NCBI GenBank assembly: GCA_010405405.1
Contig: MU004231.1
Span: forward strand, 4,204,884 to 4,268,883
Direction: 5' to 3'
Source: Microthyrium microscopicum
Lineage: Eukaryota
DNA length: 64,000 nt
Made by a program: the position numbers and the translations under genes. Below, one piece after another: positions 24,050 to 36,161 of this stretch (positions within the stretch are counted from its first letter, which is position 1; every line of letters begins with the position of its first letter). Below the pieces are notes generated by a model that was given only the letters and a program-made list of their open reading frames with translations, was not told where the DNA came from and did not search any database.

Positions 24050-26643
24050 CTCATGACCAACGTAAAGTGTGTGCGAGTGTTTGCGCAGTGAAAGGATCGA
24101 CAGAAAAAGTTGAAACAGATGAATTATACAAACAACATGAGAAATGAGCGTTATCTTGACTCCTCTGCACAGATATACAAAATTCTGAAGACGTGGTGAA
24201 ATACAAGTAAAGGAGTGATACTGGAAAAGCGATTGACAAGGTCCAACCAGGCTTGTATAACCTGTGGAGTAATGACGAAGGCAAGGAAGTCAACGAGCGA
24301 CAGGAGGCGTAACCAGACAAGCTAGCGATATGCTTGTCTAATGGAGGCCCATCTGGGGCAGCGCGGTTATATGAGATCCTCGTGCAAAGGCTGTATATTA
24401 CTCGCTCTACAGTGTTTAAAACAGCACCTGCACCAAACCGCTTCCCACCCAACCTTGGCTCAACCAAAGACGGGAAAACGCTCGACAACTCCACTCTATT
24501 TCGGACTACCAAGACCCGACTTGCTTTATTTTTTTTGCCATCAGTTTTGTATCTGTGCTCTTTTGCATGGCCATGTACCAGGCGGGTTCCAAGGCACGGA
24601 TGTCAAATCGAGGCACTCCGCACGCGACTTGAGCCATCAGAAAACCCAGTATTCTGTTGGCCACTGAGGGGAAGTAGCTCGATACTGTTAGTCGGTGGCC
24701 AGATACCCTCAGAGGGCACCATCAATTCATTCCAAACCGCCGAACAAGACCTGGAATCCAGGTCCAAGGGCTCGAGTCGGGTGTGGTTGGTGAACGTTCA
24801 CGGGCTCTGAAAGGCTAGCCGCTCACAAGAATAGCATTAAAAGGTCTTGGCTGGATGAGAGCAGAAACATTAGAATGACAGATGGGTGCGTCAGGGGTTG
24901 ACATGCAAGTCTTTGCCGTTGTTGGGTTTGATGAAGCAGTTGTCGTTACAGAATCCCGCAACGTACACCAAGCCAAAGCAAGGTTTGCTAGATCCGACAT
25001 GACACACCGCTAAATAATCGCCTACCAACATGTGCTTGTTTTTATTTTTCGGAGAATAAAATAATCGAGAAAAGAAATTGCATGCGGCTCTGTACCAAAG
25101 TTTGCTTGGCACATAATGTTAAAAGATGCTTAGTATAATGCCAATATGGAGAAATTGGCCCAGGTACAAATATCCTCATATACCGTAGCCGCTGGACCGC
25201 TTGCAAGCAATATTAAACTGCCAACCTTGTTGCTTTTCGATCATTAATAACTCTAATTCGCCAACAGCTTGTCAAATGCTCTTGGCCTACGTTCTCTTAA
25301 TTCGTCTTGATACTTCACTCGATCGTCAACACTGCTTGGCCTGATATCATATCCAAGAGGACAACCCCAAAGCTAAGAATCGGCCACTAATAATATAGTT
25401 TCGCAGTTCATTCTCAAAATAGCTTCATCTATCTGAATCTACAAGAAAAACGTTCAATCATTCCGAATTCTTGGCTAAGCATCCCCATTAGCACTTAAAT
25501 TGAAGCAACCAGCAGCTCTAGTCTCAACGCTAACACTCCACACTCCCCTGCTTTATAGCCCACTATCACGCTATAATTCAACAAAATTGTAAAGACTCTA
25601 AAAATATTCTCTTGGATCCAGTTTCAGAAGAACAGGATTGACATTCTTCCACGTACCATTTCTCTATCCTTTTCTTGGTTTGTGGTAACCAATGAAAATC
25701 ATATACTGTGCGATCTGCAATAGCTTGCTTCAACTAACGACTACATATCAGGCGACATAAGGAAAAGCTTCACGATAAAAATATCTATCTTTTGAGTATG
25801 GGTACTTGGAGTTAAAGCCAAGTCGCATTGGATGTGATCCCTTCATTTATTTTGGTGGCATTGTGGTTTGATGCTGACTGGCAATCAATCCGCCATTTCT
25901 TGGTATGTTTATCAGTCTTACTATCTCAAGAACGCAACACATCTTGGCTTTCTGACCTTGCCTGAATGGGAGCCCTCTTCCGATTAAGTCTTGGGCACGA
26001 TCGTATTAAAAGATAGCTAGTCACTGGACTGGATGTTTTGTTCTAAAAACAAATCTGACTATTGTCAAACATTGGAACATCATATTAGCGGCGATTCGTT
26101 CTATAGCTTCTATTAAGGACTCCCACGTTTATAGCACTTCCAGAAGTGGAATGGTTTTGTTTCTTAACAACTAGTATGATGCTTGAGTTCTTGTTGTAAA
26201 GTAATTCTAGAACTTCATCTGCTGTGAGAAAATTGTGTTTGATAATTTTGATTCGTGATATCCTACGGATATCTACGTGCAATGTCAAAAAAAACTGTTG
26301 CTTTTTTGTACTCCTGCACAAGAAAGATCAGAAAATCCATTGCTAGATGTATCTATGTCACTCCGATTCCCAAATGCCAATCAACCATCGACAAAGGAAT
26401 TTGTCGTAATGAACGCCGAGCCATGATTATAACGCTCAGTCGATTGTTTTTTTGTTTGGCAATCTGGCGTTTTTGGCCGATAAGGAATGCCTGGATATGA
26501 TGTTTGCTTTAAGCAGTACTGACGAGAGTTATTGTGTTCAGATTTAGGTTCAGAGCAGAGTCTTTGGATCTGTTATATCTTTCTCCACTGTATCAAGTGG
26601 CATAAGCTATTGTTACTTTTGGACTGGTGGAGAATGATCTCTT

Positions 26644-27740
26644 TCAGAACCGGAGGGCCGTAAAGTCCAGAGGAACATCATCGCTCGGTTCGTCACCCTC
26701 CTCCATCCATTTCTGGCCATTGGCCTGCTCCTCGACTGGAAACACTTCTCTTGCATACTCTTCCATCGATCTGTTGCCTTCCCAGAGTTCAATCGCAATA
26801 GCTGTGCAGTTTGGCTCCAGGTCTGGTCCGAAATATGGAGCTTGTTTGTCACCAAGAACTTCCTCAAGTATGGCCAGATGGTCTCGGTAGCCTTGCGGAA
26901 TTCTAATCTTGATGTCGATTGGTCCTTGCACGTATTCCACCGGTCGATTCAGAGCTCTGCTAAAAGCAGCACATACCTGTCGTGGAGTAAGGTATTCGAA
27001 TGCAATTGGGATTTTCTGACCGCCCCATCTCGCTGGTCCATCTTTGAAAAGTTGCAAAACGACTGGGCCAACGTCGTGTTCTGCGTCTAACCAAGGAATT
27101 GGCACGTCCGGGTGGAATGGAGCTTGCCATTCGAAGCTCTCGTCATCTTGAAGTGCCATGTTGAAAAGCGGATATGGTAGGCTGGTGAAGTTGTTGTGGT
27201 AGGTGCCACAGTAAATGAAGGTCGCGGGAATTCCAGTCGATTGTATGTATTTCTCAACTTTGAACTTGTTGGCCCAGAGAGGCAAGGCTTTCCATCCGTA
27301 GCCAAAGGAGGAATGATCGGGCATACTGCTGTAAATGAGATGTTTCACACCTGCTCTAATTGCAGCATTGACGATCGCTTTGCCGATAGCAAACTCGTCG
27401 CCCCAGTGCGTTGTGTTGATGAATGCCACGTCCACAGGCTCACTGAAGAGTTTGTCAATGACTGCTTGATTTCCTAAAAAGCCTTCAATGACAGTGACAT
27501 TGTCGAGGCTGGAGATGTCCTGGGCAACGATACTGATGCAATCCTGCATATGTGCTCGAACCTGCTGCAATGTTAGACTACCACCAATTCTTCATTCTAT
27601 GCTAGATAATTGGAGACTCTGGCCCAAGCATTTTGGCTGAGTAGGAAACGTACCTTCCATCCTACAGCAGCTGCCACACGGGTGAAGCTGGCGGCCTGCC
27701 GACCAGATGCATTGACCGTGGCGACTGTTATTCTCTTCAT
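26644..27740 (-). CDS. nmrA: Nitrogen metabolite repression regulator NmrA/NMR-1; intron 27653-27562 (alternative in-frame ATG at 27827)
   Basis: 'NASGRQAASFTRVAAAVG', 'AFINTT', 'YSSMPDH', 'NNFTSLPYPLF', 'PWLDAEHDVGP' and 'MEEYAREVFPVEEQANG' closely match Aspergillus NmrA / Neurospora NMR-1 as I recall them. Confidence 0.92.
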
Positions 27741-27911
27741 ATAGTTTGATTGTGCTGCACAAATCTCGCCAGAATCAAACGACTGACGCAGGGCACCGAG
27801 TGGTGGTGTTGGTTGAAGTAGAAGCATTCAATCCAGGTGCTGAGTAATACTCTTAAAGTATCTCCGAGACTTTTCAGCGCTCCCGCCGTCTGGTGAGTTG
27901 ACGCTTCCTAT

Positions 27912-28351
27912 TTGCGCAATTTCGCCAAATTAGGCAGTTGCGATCAATTGTCAATGCCTTGACCCGTTTTATTGATTCCTATCTCCACCAGTGTTTGAGC
28001 TTGACAGAATTGACAGAATTGTCAAAGAATGGAGACTGTCCTGTTTTCTGGAACCGATGCAGAAATAGTTTTAGATTCGTACCACCCCGATAAGCATCCA
28101 AGACACTATCAGGGCCAAGGTAACCTGTAAAAAGTAATGCCTGGCACTTTTAGCAGACTTGGATGAACTGCGCGGTTGGGAAGTGTTATCTAAATAAAGT
28201 CGAATATGAGCAGTATGACTTTCCGGTTTTAGATGATTGTGTGAAAATAGTTCATTGATAGACTTTGGCGTTGTTGATGGCGGAAAACCACAAGATGTTT
28301 GGAATAAAACAGATTACGGTAGAGGTAGGCAAACAAAGAATCGTAAGATAA
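27912..28351 (-). promoter_or_regulatory. nmrA upstream region with six HGATAR sites, a TTGCGCAA palindrome and TGACA repeats
   Basis: CTATCT 27979, CGATAA 28088, CTATCA 28106, TTATCT 28186, TGATAG 28256, AGATAA 28346; TTGCGCAA 27912-27919; TTGACAGAATTGACAGAATTGTCAA 28001-28025. Confidence 0.45.
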
Positions 28352-29953
28352 AATATGATGATGACCAGCCCTTCTTAAAGTATCAGGTTACACGAGAATT
28401 GGCGCGATGACTAAATGGTAAGCCAGAGCAATCAAGGCCGGGTGACCACGAATCCGCAAGGTTAGATGAAATCATCTAATGCTGCATCGTGTTGTCGGAA
28501 TCGTAGAGTGTGTGCAGCGGAGGCTCATCATCAGAAGAGAAGACGCAGTAATTGCGAGCAAGTTGACGATGTCACGCAGCGACAGTGTCCAGCTAGCCAT
28601 TACCTAATGTATTGGCATATAGCACGAATGGAGACTCGCCTTGCCGACGGGCGAAGAGCAATGGCCCAGGAAGACTCATAACCACAGCTCAGATGGTGTC
28701 TTCGCCCTTTTCTCTGCACGTCGGTGTCGGTAGACTTCTAAGGCGCCAGATTATACAGGTACTTATTTAGCTTGAGATCCTGCCCAGCCTGCCTTGCCTG
28801 CCCATGTGGTTGTGCTTCACCGCGTTGTTCCGAAGCACTGGGATTGGTGAGACTGGGCTGGCTATCACTGCTACAAGATTACCGATTGGGCTTTGATGCG
28901 GAAAGGCATTTTGCGTCCGGCAAGAAGCAAACCAGTGGATTCGAGTGGATATCCACAGAACATGCGGTGATGGAGGGTGGTAGAGCTGGAATTCCTACAA
29001 ATAATAACGGTTCGTTTGTTATGCCATGTCAGATATGACCCGAATTGCGAAATTTTCGACATGACGTCTGGTGCATATATGACAGCGGTTTCCCGTCTTT
29101 AGTGTATAGTACATCGGCTATCCTAGGCAGAATTCGGTAGGGTGGTACCGAGCGCGTGAATGTAGAGGTAGAAGTCATTGATCTTTGGTCATAAAAATCA
29201 GAACAATGCAGGCTAGTAGTACTTTGAAAAGACTTTTCTAGAAAGTTTATGGTTTTGGATTTTTAGGTAGATTGAAACCATGAGACATTCATGCACAATC
29301 CATGCTAGCGGCTTGCAAACCGAATTTACTTTGGTCACAACATGTCGCATAGGTCGATCTATCTTTCATCAATCTCCGCGGAGCCTAGGCCTTGTGGGTA
29401 AATATGTAGTCCAGTTGTTCACCACGTGTTTATTTGACGTTGAAAATCCAGAAAATGCCAGTAGGGTGCGTCTGCTGGCATCAAAGTTCAAGAGAATGAT
29501 GTTTGAAGGGTTGCATGACTAGACCATTCACCAAGGGCTGACCAGGCACGTTGATAACTTGATCCAGGCAGTTCGGATAAGAGATAACAACATATGCATA
29601 GCCTGACGTCTGGCCTGGACCCTGAGTGGTTGAGCCTCCACCGCTGGATCAAAGGAGAGATCCGGGGAGAGCTCTAAATGGTCTGGGGATATCGGTTATG
29701 CATGCCCCAAGATAGGTAGGCATATGCTGATAGCCAATTCTCTGCGCACTACTGGGCTCCTTTACATTGACACTCCTTTGGCTCCATGTTGGCTAGAAAA
29801 CGTTATCAGATTCACCAGTTTCCATAGCCACGAGACTTGCGTCCACTACTCTGAGACTTGCCTTACTAGTCCATCATATGCTGTTGTTTCTTTTCTCTAG
29901 AGGATATTCTATTGATCAGTTCATGTTGTGTATGAGCAAAATTCAGACAACTT

Positions 29954-32027
29954 CTAATCAGTCCCCCGAGCCACTGCCCAACACTCCTTAACAACCTCCG
30001 ATTTCGTGTCAAGATCTGGCTTTGCCAGCTCATCGGGATGAAGATGTGCACCAGCATTGGCTAACAGCACAACTTGATCTTTAAGGCCAGAGGTTGCGGC
30101 AAGAAACAGTGGCGTATGCCCTTCTCGATTTCGAAGATGGACAGATGCACCTTGCTCGAGAAAGTCTCTCAATATCTCGACGTTTGGTCCAGTTGCGGAA
30201 AGATGCTAAAACAAAAGTTAGCGTTTTCAAAGCAAGTTAATGGGCAGGAAGCAAGTCTTACCAGCGGAGTATTTCCGGAATAATCTGCATCGTTCAGCAA
30301 GAACTTGCCATCACCTCTCATAACATCCTTGGCGGCCTGAAGGTTTCCGTCTCTTATGGCGTAGCCTAGTGCTGTCAAGGAAGTTCGCTCAGGAGTCAGA
30401 GCACCACCAGGATCTGAATGTCGTTTAGTATATGTTATCGGATCCATTTGAGTTTACTCACGAGTGAATTGTGTTTGAGAAAGTTCAGTGAGCTCTCCAC
30501 ACAATGATAAGCCCATCTGCGCCGATACTTCAGCAGGCGTTAAGCCAGGCAAGGACAGTAAGTAGGACAGTTTTGTCAAGGCCGCCTCAGTGGTCATGTC
30601 ATATCCAAGCACTACACCAACTTTGCTGAGTATGAAGCCTACATCTCATCAGTTTCGCAAAGCTCATTTAGGAACAGACAACTTACCAGACGCATATAGT
30701 GGACTGACGCTGCCGCTGAGGCATTGAGTCACGTTTACGATGACGATTCCTCGTTGAACACCTTCTGATAGGACACGTGTCAGAGCAGAATCCGGGCCGC
30801 CAGGCGTGTTTCCTGCACCGAAGGTTTCTAGAATTAGACCTTTGAGTCCTTCAACTCTTAGGACGGCATCTATCATTTGCGGTTTGATACCTAGCAGATA
30901 TTAGCATGGGCATTTCGAACAATGATGAGGAACACGAACCTGGAAATATCCGTAATGCCGCGACATGGCTTGTGTCGAGTCTAGTCTTGATGGAAAAGGG
31001 ATGTAGTTGCGTAGAGCGGTAGACATTTCTCCAATTGACTTTAGTTTGTTGTGATGTGATAGTTGCTAGTGGTTCAAAATTGGGACTCGCGAATGCAGCA
31101 AAGTCGTCTGCAGATACTTTGGTTGTTCGATTACCTGTAATTCTATTAATATACGACTTACTAGAATCAAGCTTGACTCTCTTACCGCGGTATAGCTTGA
31201 AGTTGAAGAACAGACAAACCTAGCTACGTTAATGCAGTGTTCTGCCAGGAAAACCGAACCAGCTGTCATTCTAGCTGGCCTACAGGTAATAATAGATCTT
31301 ACCTCAGGAATCATAAAGTGTCCAGCAATGATCAACGAGCCTAGTAGATTGTCGGATGCATCTGATTGTAGCTGGACCATAGGTGCTTGAGATCCCGTCA
31401 ATATCACTGGCTTGCCGAGATCTTGAAGCATGAAGCTCAAGGCAGAGCTAGTATATGCCAGCGAATCCGTGCCGTGAAGAATGACAAAGCCATCGAATAA
31501 CTGGTAGTTGCGATAGACCGCTTTTGCGATTTGGTCCCAACCTTCGGCATCAATGGAACTACTATCCAAGAGATGTTCAAATTCAAAAACAGCATACCGC
31601 ACTCGCCGCTCATACGCACTGATTGGAGTTCTGAGTGACTGGACAGCTTTACGCGTGCCATTATCGTCAACTACAATCTCTAGTGGCTCTGGATATGAGC
31701 CATCGTTGAACGATGGTCGGGGAGCTAGTCCGAATTTGAGAAAGTTTCGAGCCTGTGTCTGAATTAGCATCCCATCTCGGCATCTGCATGAGCGCTCAAG
31801 TGGTAGACAGGGATTAGTGTAGGTACAAGAGCAAGTTGGGTTGTTATGCAAGGCTGATCAAATCCAACGTACAGGAACTAGACCATCTTCAGACTGTTTC
31901 ATGCAAATCGTGCCACCTGTCGCAAAATTTAGCACGATAGCTTCGTTACAAACAAGGCCAACAAACCTGTGATGATGATAAGCACCTGTGATTCTGGATA
32001 GTTGAAATCGGGTATTAGGTGTGCCAT
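29954..32027 (-). CDS. Type I L-asparaginase / 60-kDa lysophospholipase-like protein with C-terminal ankyrin repeats, multi-exon
   Basis: ATG 32027 'MAHLIPDFNYPESQVLIIIT|GGTICM', 'LDSS', 'GFVILHGTDSLAY', 'PVILTGSQ', 'ETFGAGN', 'VTQC', and ankyrin motifs 'DYSGNTPL' and 'GHTPLFLAA'. Confidence 0.9.
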
Positions 32028-32764
32028 GACTTCTCAGTGTTGTAGTATGATATCAAGGCTTGTGAGGTAGCAAGATGTCAAAAGTAGTAGACAGAAAAAA
32101 GAAAAAGCAAGCGGAAAGCCGTTGGCTCCCGTAGCTGTCAATAAGGCGGAGACTTTGAGACTCGTTGCTGAATCGTCAAATGACAGGATGCAGACTTCTT
32201 GGTGAGGTGTAATAGCGGTGAGCCAATCGTTGAATCGAATGTTTTTTCAAGACAGAATACCTTAATCTGACAAGTTTCTCTTTGTGTTGTATATCGATGT
32301 GAGGCTATAGATAAGGCACATCCCTTTATCAGTACATTCGCAAGCCGGTGTATTACCCGAATGTCAGGTTTGCAGACACTTGCAGGTCAGAAATTTTGCA
32401 GTGAAGAAACTTCAAGTAAATCTTGTTCTCTTTCACTTGTTGTAAGGGTAATTCCAACAGGTCAAGTCAATACACGAGAGTGGATATTTGGTGGCGGAAG
32501 AAGTTCTAGTGTGTAGAGGTAGATTACCCCATAGGAACCACAAAAAAATCGTGATATTGGATCCGTGGTTTTGGTATGGTCCCAAGACCTTGGTTCACCT
32601 TGAAATTTTCTCACCAATCATTCACGATTTAAGGAAGGATTCAAAATGTCTGAGAAGAATTTGAAGAACGCAAGCTGAAACTCAAGCATTGCGGCTCCGA
32701 CTTTACCCTGTTATTGAGAATTTTCAAAGAGAAGAAATGTCGGTTGGCTATGCATTAGCGCCAT

Positions 32765-33318
32765 TCATGTATCTCTTGCAAGAATGTCTTCTACAACTTT
32801 GAGTTTCTCAGCAAAGTGTTGAGTCTTATCGGTTCTCGTTCCAATTCTGATGCTGCTATGTACACGAACCTAGGTAGTTGTTTCAATTAGAACTAATGAT
32901 ACACTTATTGTCAAGAGTGAAGGAAAAACTCACAATTCCATTCTGATGAAGCATTTCGTGAGCTTGACCAATAACTTTGGTCACATCATCCCACGATCCC
33001 TCTATTATTCTATTAGTCTCTTTCCACCATACAGAGCAATGGCAGACTTTGTGAGCACGGAGTAGTATTGCTTAAAATCATGTAGCTAAACGACAGAGTG
33101 TAGAGTCAATCGCTAGGTCATGATGTCTTACCAACTGTCGTTCCCGCAGAGTGCAAGTGATATTTTAGACCTGACTGCTTCAACAGGCGTTGGACTTCAG
33201 CGACTTCTTCAGAAACTGAAGCTGTTGCTGTCCCCATGGGAATGAGGCAAAAGTCTGCGATACAATGTGACGGAGTAGGGATCGAGGAGGTGTCCGAGGT
33301 GGCACTTGCAGTCGCCAT
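32765..33318 (-). CDS. ECM15: UPF0045 / thiamine-binding (Ecm15-like) protein; introns 33131-33002 and 32933-32870
   Basis: Spliced product 'CIADFCLIPMGT..SVSEEVAEVQRLLKQSGLKYHLHSAGTTVEGSWDDVTKVIGQAHEMLHQNGIVRVHSSIRIGTRTDK'. Confidence 0.88.
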
Positions 33319-33576
33319 CTTCTCTGATGCTTTGATTGATTCTACTTGATCTACACCAAGCAAAATTGACTTGAATGAACGGAGGAAGTTGTTGAGCAGA
33401 AGACTCAGAAGTGATGCAGAGAAGTTGGAAGTGAAAGACGCGACTGTTTGCAGGTCTTTCACGCGTGGTGGCATGACGCCACTTTTCCCCTTCCTTTAAG
33501 ACGACTGAAGAGTTCCTTCATCCCAACAACATCATTTTGATCAAAATACAGGTGGTGTCTCGGTACAAGGACGATC

Positions 33577-34842
33577 ATGAGCATCCCAGTTCTGGAAAAA
33601 TTCTACGAAGTCCCAACTCCATCTGTAATCGCGAGTGTGCATGAAGTGGAACGGCCAAGGGGAGGCTTACGTCTTGGTGAAGCGCAGGAAAATTCTGAAG
33701 ATGTAGTCCAGGTGGAATTGAGATACATTGCTGAGGGAGCAGCAAATGTAATCTTTTCCATTGAAATCTTGGGGCATGCGGGAAAGAGCAAGGAAGACAT
33801 ATCACCGCTATGTCAACGGCTGGAGGGAATGCTTTTGCGCCTCAGAAAGGGGTCTCAAGCTCTGCCAAACATTCAGGAAAATCCGACTGTGCCTCCTCCG
33901 CCTTTTGTACCAGCGCAAGAGATTGTCAAGTTTATCAATGAGCGTTTGCCTTGGTCACTAACTCAATCGTTCATGGTTGTCCATACCCTGATTCAAATAC
34001 AGCCTGAAGTGCTTCAGCTCTGCAATGCGCTATTGATGACGTTGGAAGCAACAAACAAGCGTATCTCCAAACGAAGAGGCTGGTATTTGAGTGCCGAAGA
34101 AACGCATGGTATCTTGGTCACTGACATGCGACCCCAAAAAGAAGGGGACATCACAATTGAGTTCAAACCGAAATGGCTTGAACAATCTCCAATGGCCCCG
34201 GATGGAGCACGCCGCTGTCGTACCTGTGCATGGCATGTCAAGAACGGTGTAAAAGCCAGTAAAAGGTATTGTCCTTTGGCAATTGCTTCTCTCAATCGCC
34301 CGCAGAAGCGAGCACATATTGCGAAATTCGTACCCAAGGCAGATTCTTTGCCCGATGGCTGGGACTACGAAACTGTGCTGAACGAGTTCACATCATATTT
34401 CTGTGATATAGACAGCGGCCTTCAACTGCTGAACAGGCTTCGAGCTGCCCAAAAAGAATACGATCCTGATGGAGCTTTGAGCGCAATTGGAATTTCAGAT
34501 GACAATTATAGCCCCGAACCTACCCCAGAGTTGCTGGAACTCGTGGACTCAGCGCTACAAGATTCTCATAACCATGGTTTTCTACGACTCGCATGTGCCA
34601 TGACGCTTAGAGACTTAATCATTTTTGCCCGTCTGTCAAAGGCGAAGACCGTTGATGCTGTATGTATAGAAGGTAGGATTGCCGATTTGGATTTCAAAAA
34701 GGTGGAAGCCGAGAAACTCTTGAAATGGGCACTTGACGAAGCAACTTTGCTAAGAGGAGGATATTATATGGGCACTGAGAGCAGATCCGATTCTGACACT
34801 GCAACAAAGGGCGATATATGTTTCTTATGGCAGCAAACATGA
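33577..34842 (+). CDS. IPK1: Inositol-pentakisphosphate 2-kinase, single exon
   Basis: 'YIAEGAANVIF', 'LLRLRK', 'EFKPKWLEQSP', 'CRTCA', 'YCPL', 'MTLRD' and 'ADLDFK' motifs of Ipk1. Confidence 0.88.
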   Translation: MSIPVLEKFYEVPTPSVIASVHEVERPRGGLRLGEAQENSEDVVQVELRYIAEGAANVIFSIEILGHAGKSKEDISPLCQRLEGMLLRLRKGSQALPNIQENPTVPPPPFVPAQEIVKFINERLPWSLTQSFMVVHTLIQIQPEVLQLCNALLMTLEATNKRISKRRGWYLSAEETHGILVTDMRPQKEGDITIEFKPKWLEQSPMAPDGARRCRTCAWHVKNGVKASKRYCPLAIASLNRPQKRAHIAKFVPKADSLPDGWDYETVLNEFTSYFCDIDSGLQLLNRLRAAQKEYDPDGALSAIGISDDNYSPEPTPELLELVDSALQDSHNHGFLRLACAMTLRDLIIFARLSKAKTVDAVCIEGRIADLDFKKVEAEKLLKWALDEATLLRGGYYMGTESRSDSDTATKGDICFLWQQT

Positions 34843-34866
34843 GTTTCGCTCCACCCGACAGCAATT

Positions 34867-35698
34867 TTATGCACCTTTGCCACCTTTGCCAGCAAGCGCT
34901 GAAAGCTGATCCTTCGTTCCGCCCAACATAACTCCAAGCTCAGACAACGCCGCCTCGTTCGCAGCAGTCGCCTTATCCTTCTCACCACCATTGGGACTTG
35001 GCTTCGGCCCAGCCTTTCCACCCGTCTCGAGCTGCTTCTGGATATACGCCACACTATCGCTAATCCACGGATTCTCAACATATACCAAGTGATCCGCCAC
35101 CTTTGTCCCTGAGCCCGTACACACTGGATCACCCGGCGCACAATTCTCCATCAACTTCTCCGCCAACTCTTTTGGCAGCGGCGGCACAGTTCCACCCAGC
35201 GGAGACCGAACATTTGGTCCACGATTTCCTGGATCTCCAAACAACACAAATCCGATCACGCGAGGATACATATCGGCCTTGAGTTGTACGGAGGCTCCGT
35301 GCATTACATCGGCTCCTTGGCTGTATCCTACGAGCACGTACTTCTGGTCTGGACACGTCTTGCTTTGCGATTCGAGGTGGGCGACTACATCGGCGGCGCC
35401 TTTGACTTTGCTGTCGAGGGCGAAGCTGGCGGGATAGTTGACGGCGTAGCCGGTGACTTTGGGGTCTTTCTTTTGGAGGGCGTCGAAGAGGGGGTCGCCG
35501 ACGACGATGCCGTAGGGTGATCTGGGTTCCATGGTACCGCTTGCTGGTGGTGAGTTAGCTTTTGGTAGGCGAAGATGCTTCGTGTTTCTTACCGATGATC
35601 AATTCGAGTGGAGAGCAGGCGGCAGACGAGACATTAGCCGTTGGCGCTGCCCATGTGGCATGGGCTAGCGCAATTGATGTTGCGAGATGGCGAAGCAT
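34867..35698 (-). CDS. Secreted cutinase (CE5); intron 35592-35544
   Basis: Signal peptide 'MLRHLATSIALAHATWA', 'CSPLELII|ASGTME', 'VNYPA', GYSQG nucleophile, 'LFGDP', 'CAPGDPVC', and catalytic His in 'DHLVY'. Confidence 0.9.
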
Positions 35699-36161
35699 AT
35701 TTGAATCTAGAATGTGCGAAAAGAGTTGTTTGTGGACTCAGACGCAACCAAACGAAAGAGTGAAGATTGGAAGCAGAGGTCATCGTAGGTAGTAGCTGAT
35801 TCACATGAGCTTACGAAAGCAAATTAAAGCCGATTCGTAAATTGCACTAAAAGCACAAACCATCTGTCTTCATGCCGAATTAGATCATCTACGAAGAAGC
35901 TAATAGCAATAACATAAAAGCTCGGCTCAGTTGTTGGATCGCCAGCCCTGGATACCAGATGAGGAATCCAATTCGAAAATCAACAATGGTTGTGGGAAAC
36001 TTTCATGTTCGAAGATGACATCTTCTGATTGTCATTGTGTAGAAGCAGTCTAAATCATTTGATGATATTGTAATTGTATTTTACTTTATATGCAATGGGT
36101 AGTATTCAAACACCAATGCGGTCCACCATGTTTTCTTATATGTACAACAACTCGACCATTC

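Noticed and set aside
25100..26300. AT-rich tract, possible RIP-mutated transposon
   Set aside because: CpA/TpG are still common and no transposase, RT or terminal repeats were recognised; a RIP index was not computed.
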